From Pseudomonadota bacterium (GTDB taxonomy: Bacteria; Pseudomonadota; Gammaproteobacteria; Steroidobacterales; Steroidobacteraceae), in assembly GCA_021781775.1 (NCBI GenBank), contig JAJXWE010000001.1, positions 1-39,012 of the forward strand: DNA of 39,012 bases. Direction: 5' to 3'. Position numbers and translations under genes: made by a program. A model generated the notes under the pieces. It had not been told where the DNA came from. It ran no database searches and saw nothing but the letters and a program-made list of their open reading frames with translations. Positions 19,287 to 28,074 of this stretch are shown one piece after another; position 1 is the first letter of the stretch, and every line of letters begins with the position of its first letter.

Positions 19287-20678
19287 ATGAGCACCCTGTT
19301 ACAGACCATCAGTCCCGTCGATGGCCGCGTATATGTCGAGCGGCCGTTGGCCGACACGAAGGCCATTGACGCGGCGCTCGAGGCGGCGCGGCGCGCTCAG
19401 GTTACCTGGGCCGCCACGCCGGTCGCGACCCGAGTGGCGCTGCTTGGCCGCGCGGTCGATGTGTTCATCGCCAAGACCTCCGTCATCGCTGAAGAGATCG
19501 CCTGGCAGATGGGCCGGCCCGTAGCGCACGCCCCCGGCGAGGTTCGCGGCTTCGAGGAACGCGCCCGCTACATGCTGGGCATCGCCGAGCGCGCGCTTGA
19601 GCCCATCGATCCCGGACCGAAGCCGGGCTTCGTGCGGCGGATCAAGCGCGCGCCGCTCGGCGTCGTGGCGGTGGTCGCGCCCTGGAATTATCCCTACCTG
19701 ACGGCGGTGAACGCGGTGATTCCGGCCCTCGCCGCCGGCAACGCCGTCGTCCTCAAACATTCGCATCAGACGCCGCTGTGCGCGGAGCGCTTCGCCGAGG
19801 CATTCGCCGCCGCCAGCCTGCCGGTCGGCGTGTTCCAGTTCCTGCATCTGTCCCACGAGGACACCTCGCGCCTGATGGGCGACCCGCGACTCGGCAGCGT
19901 GTGTTTCACCGGTTCGGTCGCGGGCGGCAAGGCGGTAGTCGCGGCCACTGCGGCGGGCTTCGCGACCTCGGGCCTGGAGCTCGGCGGCAAAGATCCCGCG
20001 TATGTGCGCGCCGACGCCAACCTGGAGCACGCCATCGAATCGCTGACCGATGGCGCGTTCTTCAACGCCGGCCAGTCCTGTTGCGGTATCAAGCGTATCT
20101 ACGTGGCTGCGCCGCTCTACGAGCGCTTCGTGGAAGGGGTGGTCGGATTGGCGAGCCGCTACCGCCTCGGCTCGCCGCTCGACCCCCAGACGACCCTTGG
20201 GCCTGTGGTGCGAGCCGCAGCCGCGGATCATGTCCGCTCGCAGGTCGACGCGGCGGTGGCCGCGGGCGCCCGACAGCTCGTCGAGGGCCGCCACTTCCCT
20301 CGGGACGAGCGCGGCACGCCCTACCTCGCGCCACAGGTGCTCGTCGACGTCGATCACTCGCACACGATCATGTGTGAAGAAACCTTCGGTCCGGCGGTCG
20401 GCATCATGAAGGTCTCATCCGACGAGGAAGCCATCCGGCTGATGAACGACAGCGCCTTCGGGCTGACGGCGGCAGTCTATTCCGCAGACCCAGAGCGGGC
20501 CGAGCAGATCGGTGATCGCCTCGAGACCGGTACGGTGTTTCTGAATCGCTGCGACTATCTCGATCCGGCGCTCGCCTGGACCGGAGTGAAGCATTCGGGC
20601 CGCGGCTGCACGCTCTCCCGCGTCGGCTACGAGTACCTGACACGTCCCAAGTCCTACCATCTCCGGGTGCAACTATGA
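19287..20678 (+). CDS. aldehyde dehydrogenase (putative gamma-glutamyl-aminoacetaldehyde dehydrogenase)
   Basis: PWNYP, FTGSV, LELGGKDP (Glu), FNAGQSCC (Cys), EETFGP. Confidence 0.93.
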   Translation: MSTLLQTISPVDGRVYVERPLADTKAIDAALEAARRAQVTWAATPVATRVALLGRAVDVFIAKTSVIAEEIAWQMGRPVAHAPGEVRGFEERARYMLGIAERALEPIDPGPKPGFVRRIKRAPLGVVAVVAPWNYPYLTAVNAVIPALAAGNAVVLKHSHQTPLCAERFAEAFAAASLPVGVFQFLHLSHEDTSRLMGDPRLGSVCFTGSVAGGKAVVAATAAGFATSGLELGGKDPAYVRADANLEHAIESLTDGAFFNAGQSCCGIKRIYVAAPLYERFVEGVVGLASRYRLGSPLDPQTTLGPVVRAAAADHVRSQVDAAVAAGARQLVEGRHFPRDERGTPYLAPQVLVDVDHSHTIMCEETFGPAVGIMKVSSDEEAIRLMNDSAFGLTAAVYSADPERAEQIGDRLETGTVFLNRCDYLDPALAWTGVKHSGRGCTLSRVGYEYLTRPKSYHLRVQL

Positions 20679-21841
20679 TGACTTCCTGGCACGCCAACTG
20701 GAACTACCCGACCCGGATCTGGGCCGGACCGGGCCGCATCGCCGAGCTCCCCAAGGCCTGCACCGAGCTCGGCATCCGCCGGCCGCTGCTCGTCACGGAC
20801 ATCGGCCTGCTGCGCCATCCCATGATCAGCGCCGCGCTCAAAACGCTGCCCGGCGCTGCGCTGTTCGGCGAAGTCAAAGGCAACCCCACAGGAGCCAATG
20901 TGGAAGCGGGCCTCGCCGCCTATCGTTCTGCGGGGCATGACGGCGTGGTGGCCTTCGGCGGCGGCTCGGCGCTCGATGCAGGCAAGGTCATCGCCTTCAT
21001 GAGCGGCCAGCGCCGGCCGATGTGGGACTTCGAGGACATCGGCGACTGGTGGACGCGCGCCGATCCGGCCGGGATCGCCCCGGTGGTCGCGGTGCCCACG
21101 ACGGCGGGCACGGGCTCCGAGGTCGGCCGCGCCAGCGTCATCCTCAACGAGGCGACCCACCAGAAGAAGATCATCTTTCATCCGCGGATGATGCCGGGCA
21201 TCGTGATCAGCGATCCCGGCCTCACCACCGGCCTACCCGCGCACGTTACCGCGGCCACGGGCTTGGATGCCTTCGTGCATTGCTTCGAAGCGTACTGCGC
21301 GCCGGGGTTCCACCCCCTCGCCGACGGCCTCGCCCTCGAGGGCATGCGCCTGATCGCCCGGTACCTGCTCCTGGCCTATGCGCGGGGTGACGACCTGGAG
21401 GCGCGCGCCAACATGCTGGCGGCGGCATCCATGGGTGCCGCCGCCTTCCAGAAGGGCCTGGGCGCCGTGCACGCCATCGCCCATCCGGTCGGCTCGTGGT
21501 TCGACACCCATCATGGCCTGACCAACGCCGTGATCCTGCCGTACGTCATGCGCCACAACCGCGCCGCCATCGCGGACAAGACTGTGATTATCGCCCGTCA
21601 GCTTGGCCTCGCCGCGCCCGGGTTCGACAGCCTGTTCGACTGGGTGCTCGAGTTCCGCCGCGCTCTGGGCATTCCGCACACGTTGGCGCAAATCGGCGTC
21701 TCCCTCGACAACGCCGCGGTCATCGGCGCGGAGGCGGCCGCCGACCCCTCGGCCGGCGGCAACCCGATTCCCGTGGAGGCGGTCGCGCTCGAGCGGATCT
21801 TTCGCGCGGCGGTCACCGGGGACCTCGACGCGGCAGCCTGA
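20675..21841 (+). CDS. iron-containing alcohol dehydrogenase (putative gamma-glutamyl-ethanolamine dehydrogenase)
   Basis: GGGSALD, PTTAGTGSE, DAFVHCFE, HAIAH and HHG metal ligands; ATGA overlap. Confidence 0.93.
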   Translation: MMTSWHANWNYPTRIWAGPGRIAELPKACTELGIRRPLLVTDIGLLRHPMISAALKTLPGAALFGEVKGNPTGANVEAGLAAYRSAGHDGVVAFGGGSALDAGKVIAFMSGQRRPMWDFEDIGDWWTRADPAGIAPVVAVPTTAGTGSEVGRASVILNEATHQKKIIFHPRMMPGIVISDPGLTTGLPAHVTAATGLDAFVHCFEAYCAPGFHPLADGLALEGMRLIARYLLLAYARGDDLEARANMLAAASMGAAAFQKGLGAVHAIAHPVGSWFDTHHGLTNAVILPYVMRHNRAAIADKTVIIARQLGLAAPGFDSLFDWVLEFRRALGIPHTLAQIGVSLDNAAVIGAEAAADPSAGGNPIPVEAVALERIFRAAVTGDLDAAA

Positions 21842-21845
21842 TGTC

Positions 21846-22700
21846 ATGAGCGCGCCTCGCGTCCTGGTGGTCGATGGCAACGTGGCGGACATCCGTCGCA
21901 GGCAGATCGAGGCGGTCGGCTACGACACTGCGACCAGCTATGCCCGCGTCCTGCGGCGTTTGCGCCCGGACCTCGAGTGCGACATCGCGTACCCGGCGGA
22001 CGTGCACCCCGTGGCGGAGCTTGCGGGCGCACTCGATCGCTACGACGGCGTGGCGATCACCGGCTCGGCGCTGTGCATCGCCGACGGCGGCCCCGCCGTC
22101 GAGCGGCAGATCGATCTGGCGCGCAGCGTGTTCGATCGCGGGGTGCCGTTGTTTGGTAGCTGCTGGGGACTGCAGGTGGCAGTTGCGGCCGCGGGCGGGG
22201 TCGTCGAGCGCAATCCCCGTGGCCGGGAATTCGGCTTCGCGCGACGGATCCTGCTGACCGAGGCGGGCCGCGCACACCCGCTGTTCTCGGACAAGCCGGC
22301 AGTGTTCGAGGCCCCGACCGTGCACCGCGATCACGTCGCGAGACTGCCCGAGGGTGCGCAGGTGCTGGCCGTCAACGAGATGGGAGTGCAGGCGGCGACG
22401 TTCAGTCACCGCCGGGGAACGTGCTGGGGCGTGCAATACCACCCGGAATACGACTACGGAGACATCCGCGCCGTCGCGCAACGCTACGGGACGGCGCTGG
22501 TCGATGCCGGCCTGTTCGCTGGCCCAGAGGATCTCGATGATTTCGCGGCCGACATGGCGGCGCTGCAGGCCGATCCGGCGTGCGAGGCGCTGCTGTGGAA
22601 ACACGGCCTGGGACCCGCCATGCGCGCCGAGCCGCTGCGCCTGCGGGAACTCGCCAACTGGCTGACCCTGCAGGTCGAGCCGCGCGCCTGCTCCCGCTGA
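21846..22700 (+). CDS. class I glutamine amidotransferase-like hydrolase (putative gamma-glutamyl-glycine hydrolase)
   Basis: ATG 4 nt after the ADH stop; ITGS, GSCWGLQ nucleophile elbow, QYHPE His-Glu. Confidence 0.88.
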   Translation: MSAPRVLVVDGNVADIRRRQIEAVGYDTATSYARVLRRLRPDLECDIAYPADVHPVAELAGALDRYDGVAITGSALCIADGGPAVERQIDLARSVFDRGVPLFGSCWGLQVAVAAAGGVVERNPRGREFGFARRILLTEAGRAHPLFSDKPAVFEAPTVHRDHVARLPEGAQVLAVNEMGVQAATFSHRRGTCWGVQYHPEYDYGDIRAVAQRYGTALVDAGLFAGPEDLDDFAADMAALQADPACEALLWKHGLGPAMRAEPLRLRELANWLTLQVEPRACSR

Positions 22701-22748
22701 GAGGATCGGCGCCGGCAACCGGAGCAGATTGACAATGGGGGGCTTCCC

Positions 22749-24161
22749 ATGGTGCAAGCAGAGCCGCAGCTGTCCCGCTCCCTGAGCGGCCTCCACTTGT
22801 GGGGCATCGCCGTGGGACTGGTCATCTCCGGAGAGTACTTCGGTTGGAGTTACGGCTGGGCGCAGGCCGGGACGCTCGGCTTCCTTGTGACCACGGCGCT
22901 GATCGCCGTGATGTATACCACGTTCATCTTCAGCTACACCGAGCTCACCACCGCCATCCCGCACGCCGGCGGCCCGTTCGCGTACAGCTACCGTGCCTTC
23001 GGCCCCGTCGGCGGATACCTGGCGGGATTCGCGACGCTGGTGGAATTCGTGTTCGCGCCGCCAGCGATCGCGCTCGCCATCGGAGCCTACCTGCACGTGC
23101 AGTTCCACACTCTGGACGCGCGTATGGCCGCGGTGGGCGCCTACGCGGTGTTCATGACGCTCAACATCGTCGGGGTGATGATCGCCGCGACCTTCGAGCT
23201 GGTCATCACGCTCCTCGCCATCGCCGAGCTCGTCGTTTTCATGGCGGTGGTCGCTGGCGGCTTCAGCTGGGCGCATTACGTTCATCTCGGCTGGGCGGGA
23301 CATGCGCACCCGTCCGCGGCCATGTTTGGGGGGATCTTCGCCGCGATCCCGTTCGCGATCTGGTTCTTCCTCGCCATCGAGGGGGCGGCCATGGCGGCCG
23401 AGGAGGTCAAGAACCCCTCGCGCACCATTCCTCCGGCTTACATCGGCGGCATCATCACCCTGTTGGCACTCGCCTTCGGCACCATGATATTCGCCGGCGG
23501 GGCGGGCGACTGGCGCCGGCTCGCCAACATCAACGACCCCCTGCCGCGGGCGATGATGATCGTCGTGGGGGAGAACAGCGGCTGGATGCACCTGCTGGTG
23601 TGGATCGGACTCCTCGGGCTCATCGCCTCGTTCCACGGCATCATCATGGGCTACTCGCGGCAGATCTTCGCGCTCGCCCGCGCGGGCTTCCTGCCGGGGT
23701 TCCTCGGGCGTGTACACAAGCGGTGGCGGACACCTTACGTCGCGGTGCTCGCGGGCGGCGCCGTGGGCATCGCGGCCATCTACTCCGACAAGGTGATCAC
23801 CATCGCGGGGCAGTCGCTCACGGCGAGCATCGTGACGCTGTCGGCGCTGGGGGCCATCGTCATGTACATCGTAAGCCTCGCGAGCCTGCTGCGCCTGAGG
23901 CGGTGCGCGCCGGACTTGCCGCGGCCCTTCCGCACACCGCTGTTCCCGGTCTTTCCGCTGATGGCGCTGGTGCTGGCGGTCATCTCGCTCATTTCGATCG
24001 TCTATTACAATCCGCAGCTCGCGGTCATATTCGTCGTGCTCAGCACGCTCGGCGGAGCGGCCACCCGGTATCGCCTGCGGCGCCGGGGTCTGAACGGGGA
24101 CGATGCGCTGCTGCGGACGGGGGACTCACGGCAGATGGCGCCCGAAGCCGATTCCGAATAG
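22749..24161 (+). CDS. eat: ethanolamine permease (APC family)
   Basis: HLWGIAVGLVISGEYFGWSYG, IPHAGGPFAY, PFAIWFFLAIEGAAMAAEE, ASFHGII signature of the Eat family. Confidence 0.93.
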   Translation: MVQAEPQLSRSLSGLHLWGIAVGLVISGEYFGWSYGWAQAGTLGFLVTTALIAVMYTTFIFSYTELTTAIPHAGGPFAYSYRAFGPVGGYLAGFATLVEFVFAPPAIALAIGAYLHVQFHTLDARMAAVGAYAVFMTLNIVGVMIAATFELVITLLAIAELVVFMAVVAGGFSWAHYVHLGWAGHAHPSAAMFGGIFAAIPFAIWFFLAIEGAAMAAEEVKNPSRTIPPAYIGGIITLLALAFGTMIFAGGAGDWRRLANINDPLPRAMMIVVGENSGWMHLLVWIGLLGLIASFHGIIMGYSRQIFALARAGFLPGFLGRVHKRWRTPYVAVLAGGAVGIAAIYSDKVITIAGQSLTASIVTLSALGAIVMYIVSLASLLRLRRCAPDLPRPFRTPLFPVFPLMALVLAVISLISIVYYNPQLAVIFVVLSTLGGAATRYRLRRRGLNGDDALLRTGDSRQMAPEADSE

Positions 24162-24241
24162 ACGCGCCCCGGCCGGCGCACATGCGGCATGCAGCGGCGC
24201 AATACGGCTGTCACGAAACTCATAGCGTAAAGGCGGATTCA

Positions 24242-26179
24242 ATGAACCGATCACCTCGAAGAAGCCCGGCCACATCCATCCGGATTTCCAAGGCGGCAGT
24301 CCTGCTCGCGAGCCTCGCGTTCGCCCTGCCCGCGCCAAGCCTTGCGGCCGCCCGTGGCGGCAAGGCCGCTACGGAGCATACCCTGACCCCGATCAAACAC
24401 GTCATCCTGATCATCGGGGAGAACCATACCTTCGACAACCTGTTCGCGACCTACGTGCCCCCCAACGGCCAGACGGTGTGGAATCTGCTGTCCATGGGAA
24501 TCGTGACAGCGAACGGCACGCCCGGCCCCAACGCCGCGCTCGCCCGCCAGTGGCAGGCCACCGACACGACGGTCTATTCGTCCGATCCGACCCACACACA
24601 GCCGCTCGCCGCGCTGCCGGCCCTGAACACGGCCGATGCGGTGGCAAAGCCGCGTTTCGCCACGGTCGAGCAGGCCGCGCTTCGCGAGCCCGGCCTGTCG
24701 CCCGGCGATGAACGGCTGCTGCTGACGGGCACCACGGGCCAGCCCGCGGACGTGATCGACAAGCGCTTCCCGAGCCAATTCCCGAACGCGCCCATCGACG
24801 TCACCCGTTACATCCCCTATGACTCGTACTGGGTCAGTCCGGTGCATCGCCTGTTCCAGATGCGCCAGGAACTCGATTGCTCGCCCGCGGCCATGACTGC
24901 GGTCAATCCGAGTGGCTGCCGCGCGGACCTGTTCCCCTGGGTGGAGCTTACCGTGGGCGCAGGCTCGAGCGGCGCCCCGCGGCCCGAGAACTACAATGAG
25001 CAGACGACGCAAGAAGGCCCCGCGGCCATGGCGTTCTACAACATGGCGCGCGGCGACGTCCCCTATCTCGCCAAGCTGGCGCGTGAGTACGCCCTGGCGG
25101 ACAACTATCACCAGGCGGCGCTCGGTGGTACCGGCGCCAATCACGTCATGCTCGGCTACGGCACGCTTATCTACTACGCGGACCACCGGGGCCAGCCGGC
25201 CCGGCCGCCCTTCAACCAGATCGAGAACCCGAACCCCGCGCCGGGTACCAACAATTGGTATGTCCAGGACGGCTACAAGGGCGGTTCCTACACCGAGTGC
25301 GCCGACCCCGCCCAACCCGGCGTGGCGGCGGTGGACAAATACCTCGCGGCCTTGCCCTACGCGGCGTTCAACCACGGCGACTGCCGGCCAGGGGCGTATT
25401 ACCTGGTCAACAACTATGAGCCCGGCTACCACGGCAACGGCACGCCAGCGCTGCTCGGTGCGGATCATTTCACCGTCCCGCCCACCCGGCAGGGCAACAT
25501 CGCGCTGCTCATGAGCCGCTACCACGTCAGCTGGAAGTACTACGGTGAAGGCTGGCAGGGCGGCCGATTGCGCCCGCACCTCGGGCGCTTCTGCCGCATC
25601 TGCGACCCGTTCCTCTATTCGACGCAGATCATGACCAACCCCGCGCTGCGCGCGGACAACGCCGGCATCCACGCCCTGTATGCCGATATCCGCAGCGACA
25701 CTCTGCCCGACGTCTCCTTCGTCAAACCGGATGAGCTGCTCGACGGACACCCGGCCTCCTCCAAGGTGGATCTGCTGGAGGGATTCATCCGCAAGATCAT
25801 CGACATGGTTCGCTCGCGGCCGGCTCTCTGGAAAGATACCGCAATCATGATCACCATGGACGAAGGCGGCGGGTTTTGGGACGAGGGGTACGTGCAGCCG
25901 ATCGACTTCTTCGGCGATGGCACCCGGGTGCCACTCATCGTGGTGTCGCGCTACTCACGCGGAGGACGGGTGGTCCACACTTATTACGATCACGTCTCGT
26001 TCGACAAGTTCGTGGAGGCCAACTGGGAGATCGGTCAGCGCATCTCCCGCTACAGCCGCGACAACCTGCCGGACCCCATCGCCTCGCCCGCCAGTCCTTA
26101 CGTGCCGCTCAACGCGCCAGCGATCGGCGACCTGATGGGCATGTTTCAGTTCAAGGTCCATGGGCCGCACGGCGGTTGA
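24242..26179 (+). CDS. exported phospholipase C / acid phosphatase (phosphoesterase family, PlcH/AcpA-like)
   Basis: Start at 24242 gives the signal peptide MNRSPRR...VLLASLAFALPAPSLAA; IKHVILIIGENHTFDNLF, GGTGANH, DGHP, DEGGG, GTRVP, YYDHVS. Confidence 0.9.
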   Translation: MNRSPRRSPATSIRISKAAVLLASLAFALPAPSLAAARGGKAATEHTLTPIKHVILIIGENHTFDNLFATYVPPNGQTVWNLLSMGIVTANGTPGPNAALARQWQATDTTVYSSDPTHTQPLAALPALNTADAVAKPRFATVEQAALREPGLSPGDERLLLTGTTGQPADVIDKRFPSQFPNAPIDVTRYIPYDSYWVSPVHRLFQMRQELDCSPAAMTAVNPSGCRADLFPWVELTVGAGSSGAPRPENYNEQTTQEGPAAMAFYNMARGDVPYLAKLAREYALADNYHQAALGGTGANHVMLGYGTLIYYADHRGQPARPPFNQIENPNPAPGTNNWYVQDGYKGGSYTECADPAQPGVAAVDKYLAALPYAAFNHGDCRPGAYYLVNNYEPGYHGNGTPALLGADHFTVPPTRQGNIALLMSRYHVSWKYYGEGWQGGRLRPHLGRFCRICDPFLYSTQIMTNPALRADNAGIHALYADIRSDTLPDVSFVKPDELLDGHPASSKVDLLEGFIRKIIDMVRSRPALWKDTAIMITMDEGGGFWDEGYVQPIDFFGDGTRVPLIVVSRYSRGGRVVHTYYDHVSFDKFVEANWEIGQRISRYSRDNLPDPIASPASPYVPLNAPAIGDLMGMFQFKVHGPHGG

Positions 26180-26211
26180 TCGGCGATCCAGCGAGGCCCC
26201 GTACACATCGG

Positions 26212-26931
26212 CTGTAGTCCGCAAAATTCCATTTAAGCGGCGACAAGACTGTACTCGTGGTGGAGTCCGCCGAGAATGGGGTTGGCGCGGACGGAATAGG
26301 TTTCACCACGGCGATGACGTGAGACGGACTTCGGGAGGGCGATGGTCGGAGGATCCGGAATCCCCGGTCCCAAAGACATATGCGGTCGGCCGCGGTTGTA
26401 GTGCTGAATCCATGTTTTCAGCAACGTACGCAAATGCGATTCGGAGAGCGGAATCACCCAGTCCAGGCACTCCCTGCGTAATGTGCCGATGACCTGCTCG
26501 CAGAGGGCATTCATCTTCGGACAGTGAGGGGCGGAGCGCAGTACACGGAGTCCCAGAGCCTGGACCGATTCATCGAGCCCGGGGGAGAAGATACTGTCCC
26601 GGTCGTGGAGCAGGAATCGATATCGGTGATCGAGGGTGGCAACTTCGCGCAGTTGCTCCAGCGTCCAGGCCGCGGTAGGGTGAACCGTGACGTTGCCGTG
26701 GACCAAGCGACGGGGCCCGCGCTCGATCACGACGAAGACGTAGAGCATGCGAAAGTTCGCTGTGATGGCGAGACAAAAGTCGCAGGCTAAGATTCCTTGG
26801 GCGTGCAGGCGCAGGAAGGTCGACCAGCGCAGATCCCCTCGTGGCCTGCCCGGCGGGCGCGGGGGCATGTACTTGCGCACGGTGCCAGGAGAGATCCGGA
26901 TGCCGAGCTTCAACAGCAACCAGTGAGCGAT
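26212..26931 (-). pseudogene. 5'-truncated IS transposase (rve integrase core) with one probable terminal repeat
   Basis: LLKLGIRISPGTV, ACDF, HDRD, NALCE, LRRECLD, YNRGRPH, LGGLHHEY; N-terminal part absent; CTGTAGTCCGCAAAA just past the stop resembles an element end. Confidence 0.8.
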
Positions 26932-26972
26932 TGAGCAATGCGCCCCGATGGCGAGCATTCAGCACGACGCGC

Positions 26973-27005
26973 TTGCCTATCGTTTATTTATTCCATATTA
27001 TAGAA
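26973..27005 (+). promoter_or_regulatory. leaderless sigma70 promoter with overlapping palindromic operator
   Basis: TTGCCT (26973-78), 17 bp, TATTAT (26996-27001), ATG 7 nt later with no SD; imperfect palindrome TTCCATATTATAGAA (26991-27005). Confidence 0.65.
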
Positions 27006-27008
27006 GTT

Positions 27009-27347
27009 ATGGGCAAGCGCGAATATCTCGGGCAGCTTGAGTTGATGGTATTGCTAGCGGTCGTCAGGCCATCTTCCCAAAAGGCCTATGGCGTATCGAT
27101 TGCACGTGACATCACCCGAATCAGCCGGCGGCAAGTGGCGCTGGCGAGCGTTTATGCGGCTTTGGAGCGGCTGGAGAAGAAGGGCTTCGTGGTTTCGAGC
27201 CTCGGGGAACCGCTGGTTGAGCGAGGCGGCAAGGCACGCACTTACTTTCGACCGACTTCGGCAGGGATCCAGGAAGCGCGCCAGACTCAAGCGACGCTCA
27301 TGCGGCTCAGCGGGGATCTATCCACCCTCAAAGGACAGCCCGCGTGA
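27009..27347 (+). CDS. PadR-family transcriptional regulator
   Basis: LGQLELMVLLAV, AYGVSI, SVYAALERLEKKG, RGGKARTYF winged helix; 112 aa. Confidence 0.9.
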   Translation: MGKREYLGQLELMVLLAVVRPSSQKAYGVSIARDITRISRRQVALASVYAALERLEKKGFVVSSLGEPLVERGGKARTYFRPTSAGIQEARQTQATLMRLSGDLSTLKGQPA

Positions 27348-27967
27348 CGATGCGAGAGGAGCCGACCTTCGCCGTCTGGCTCTTGAAGCATTTCGTCGCA
27401 AAAGAACGAAGGGAGTCACTGTTGGGTGATCTGTTTGAAGAATTCCAGGCGGGTCGAACATACTGTTGGTATTGGCGAGAAACGCTTGCGGCCCTCTTTA
27501 TATCCATGCGTCGCGGTGCGCGCGGGGTTTTTTCTTGGTGCGGCGCTCAAGTCGTTCTGGGGCTTGTCGCGCAATCTCTTGTTGTCTGGGCCGTCCTGCT
27601 TTCGGAGCAGTATCGAGAGCATTGCCCTAATTTGCCCGCCTATTCGCGCGACTCGACCGCTCTAATGCTATGGGCGGGGATGCTCCAGATCGCGATTGCT
27701 CTCGTGGTCTGGCTCAATCCACTGGACCGTGCTGCCCGTTCACACCGACGGCCCAGACTCTTCCGACTGTCAGTTGCAGCCTTCGCCGCTGTCGGGCTCA
27801 GCAGCGGCGCGTTCACTTGGGCAAGTACGGCTTCTTGCTCAATCGGCCCCTTTGCTTGTCAGTCCCCGACCATGCATTCATGCGCATCCCGCGTTGGTGC
27901 GGCTCCCGAGACACGACAGTCTGTGGGGCGTCCGAGTCGGCTCGCCCTGCGGGCCAGCTTGCACTGA
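27344..27967 (+). CDS. PadR-associated membrane protein
   Basis: GTGA overlap with padR; N-terminal ESLLGDLFEEF...WYWRE motif typical of padR-downstream genes; about 3 hydrophobic segments. Confidence 0.7.
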   Translation: MTMREEPTFAVWLLKHFVAKERRESLLGDLFEEFQAGRTYCWYWRETLAALFISMRRGARGVFSWCGAQVVLGLVAQSLVVWAVLLSEQYREHCPNLPAYSRDSTALMLWAGMLQIAIALVVWLNPLDRAARSHRRPRLFRLSVAAFAAVGLSSGAFTWASTASCSIGPFACQSPTMHSCASRVGAAPETRQSVGRPSRLALRASLH

Positions 27968-28074
27968 ATGCCCGGGCTTCACTGCTGCAGGCTTCGAGCG
28001 GCCGGATCTGAAATCTCATAGAGAACACCACGCTAGATTCGCAAGCCTTGCTCGCGCCAACCAGAAGTATCGAA

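Noticed and set aside
13855..21845. Long N-terminal extensions of glpD (13855), glpK (15057) and the amidotransferase (21603)
   Set aside because: They overlap upstream genes out of frame; coupled ATGs at 14071, 15630 and 21846 fit the family N-termini
22799..24241. Apparent 1126-aa fusion ORF 22799..26179
   Set aside because: The N-terminal 481 codons are an off-frame read of eat (Arg/Gly/His-rich nonsense); the real gene starts at ATG 24242 with a signal peptide
5582..25750. Long antisense ORFs (5582..6907, 7027..8544, 9261..10532, 15198..17147, 21813..23717, 24251..25750)
   Set aside because: Shadow frames of high-GC genes with no recognisable motifs
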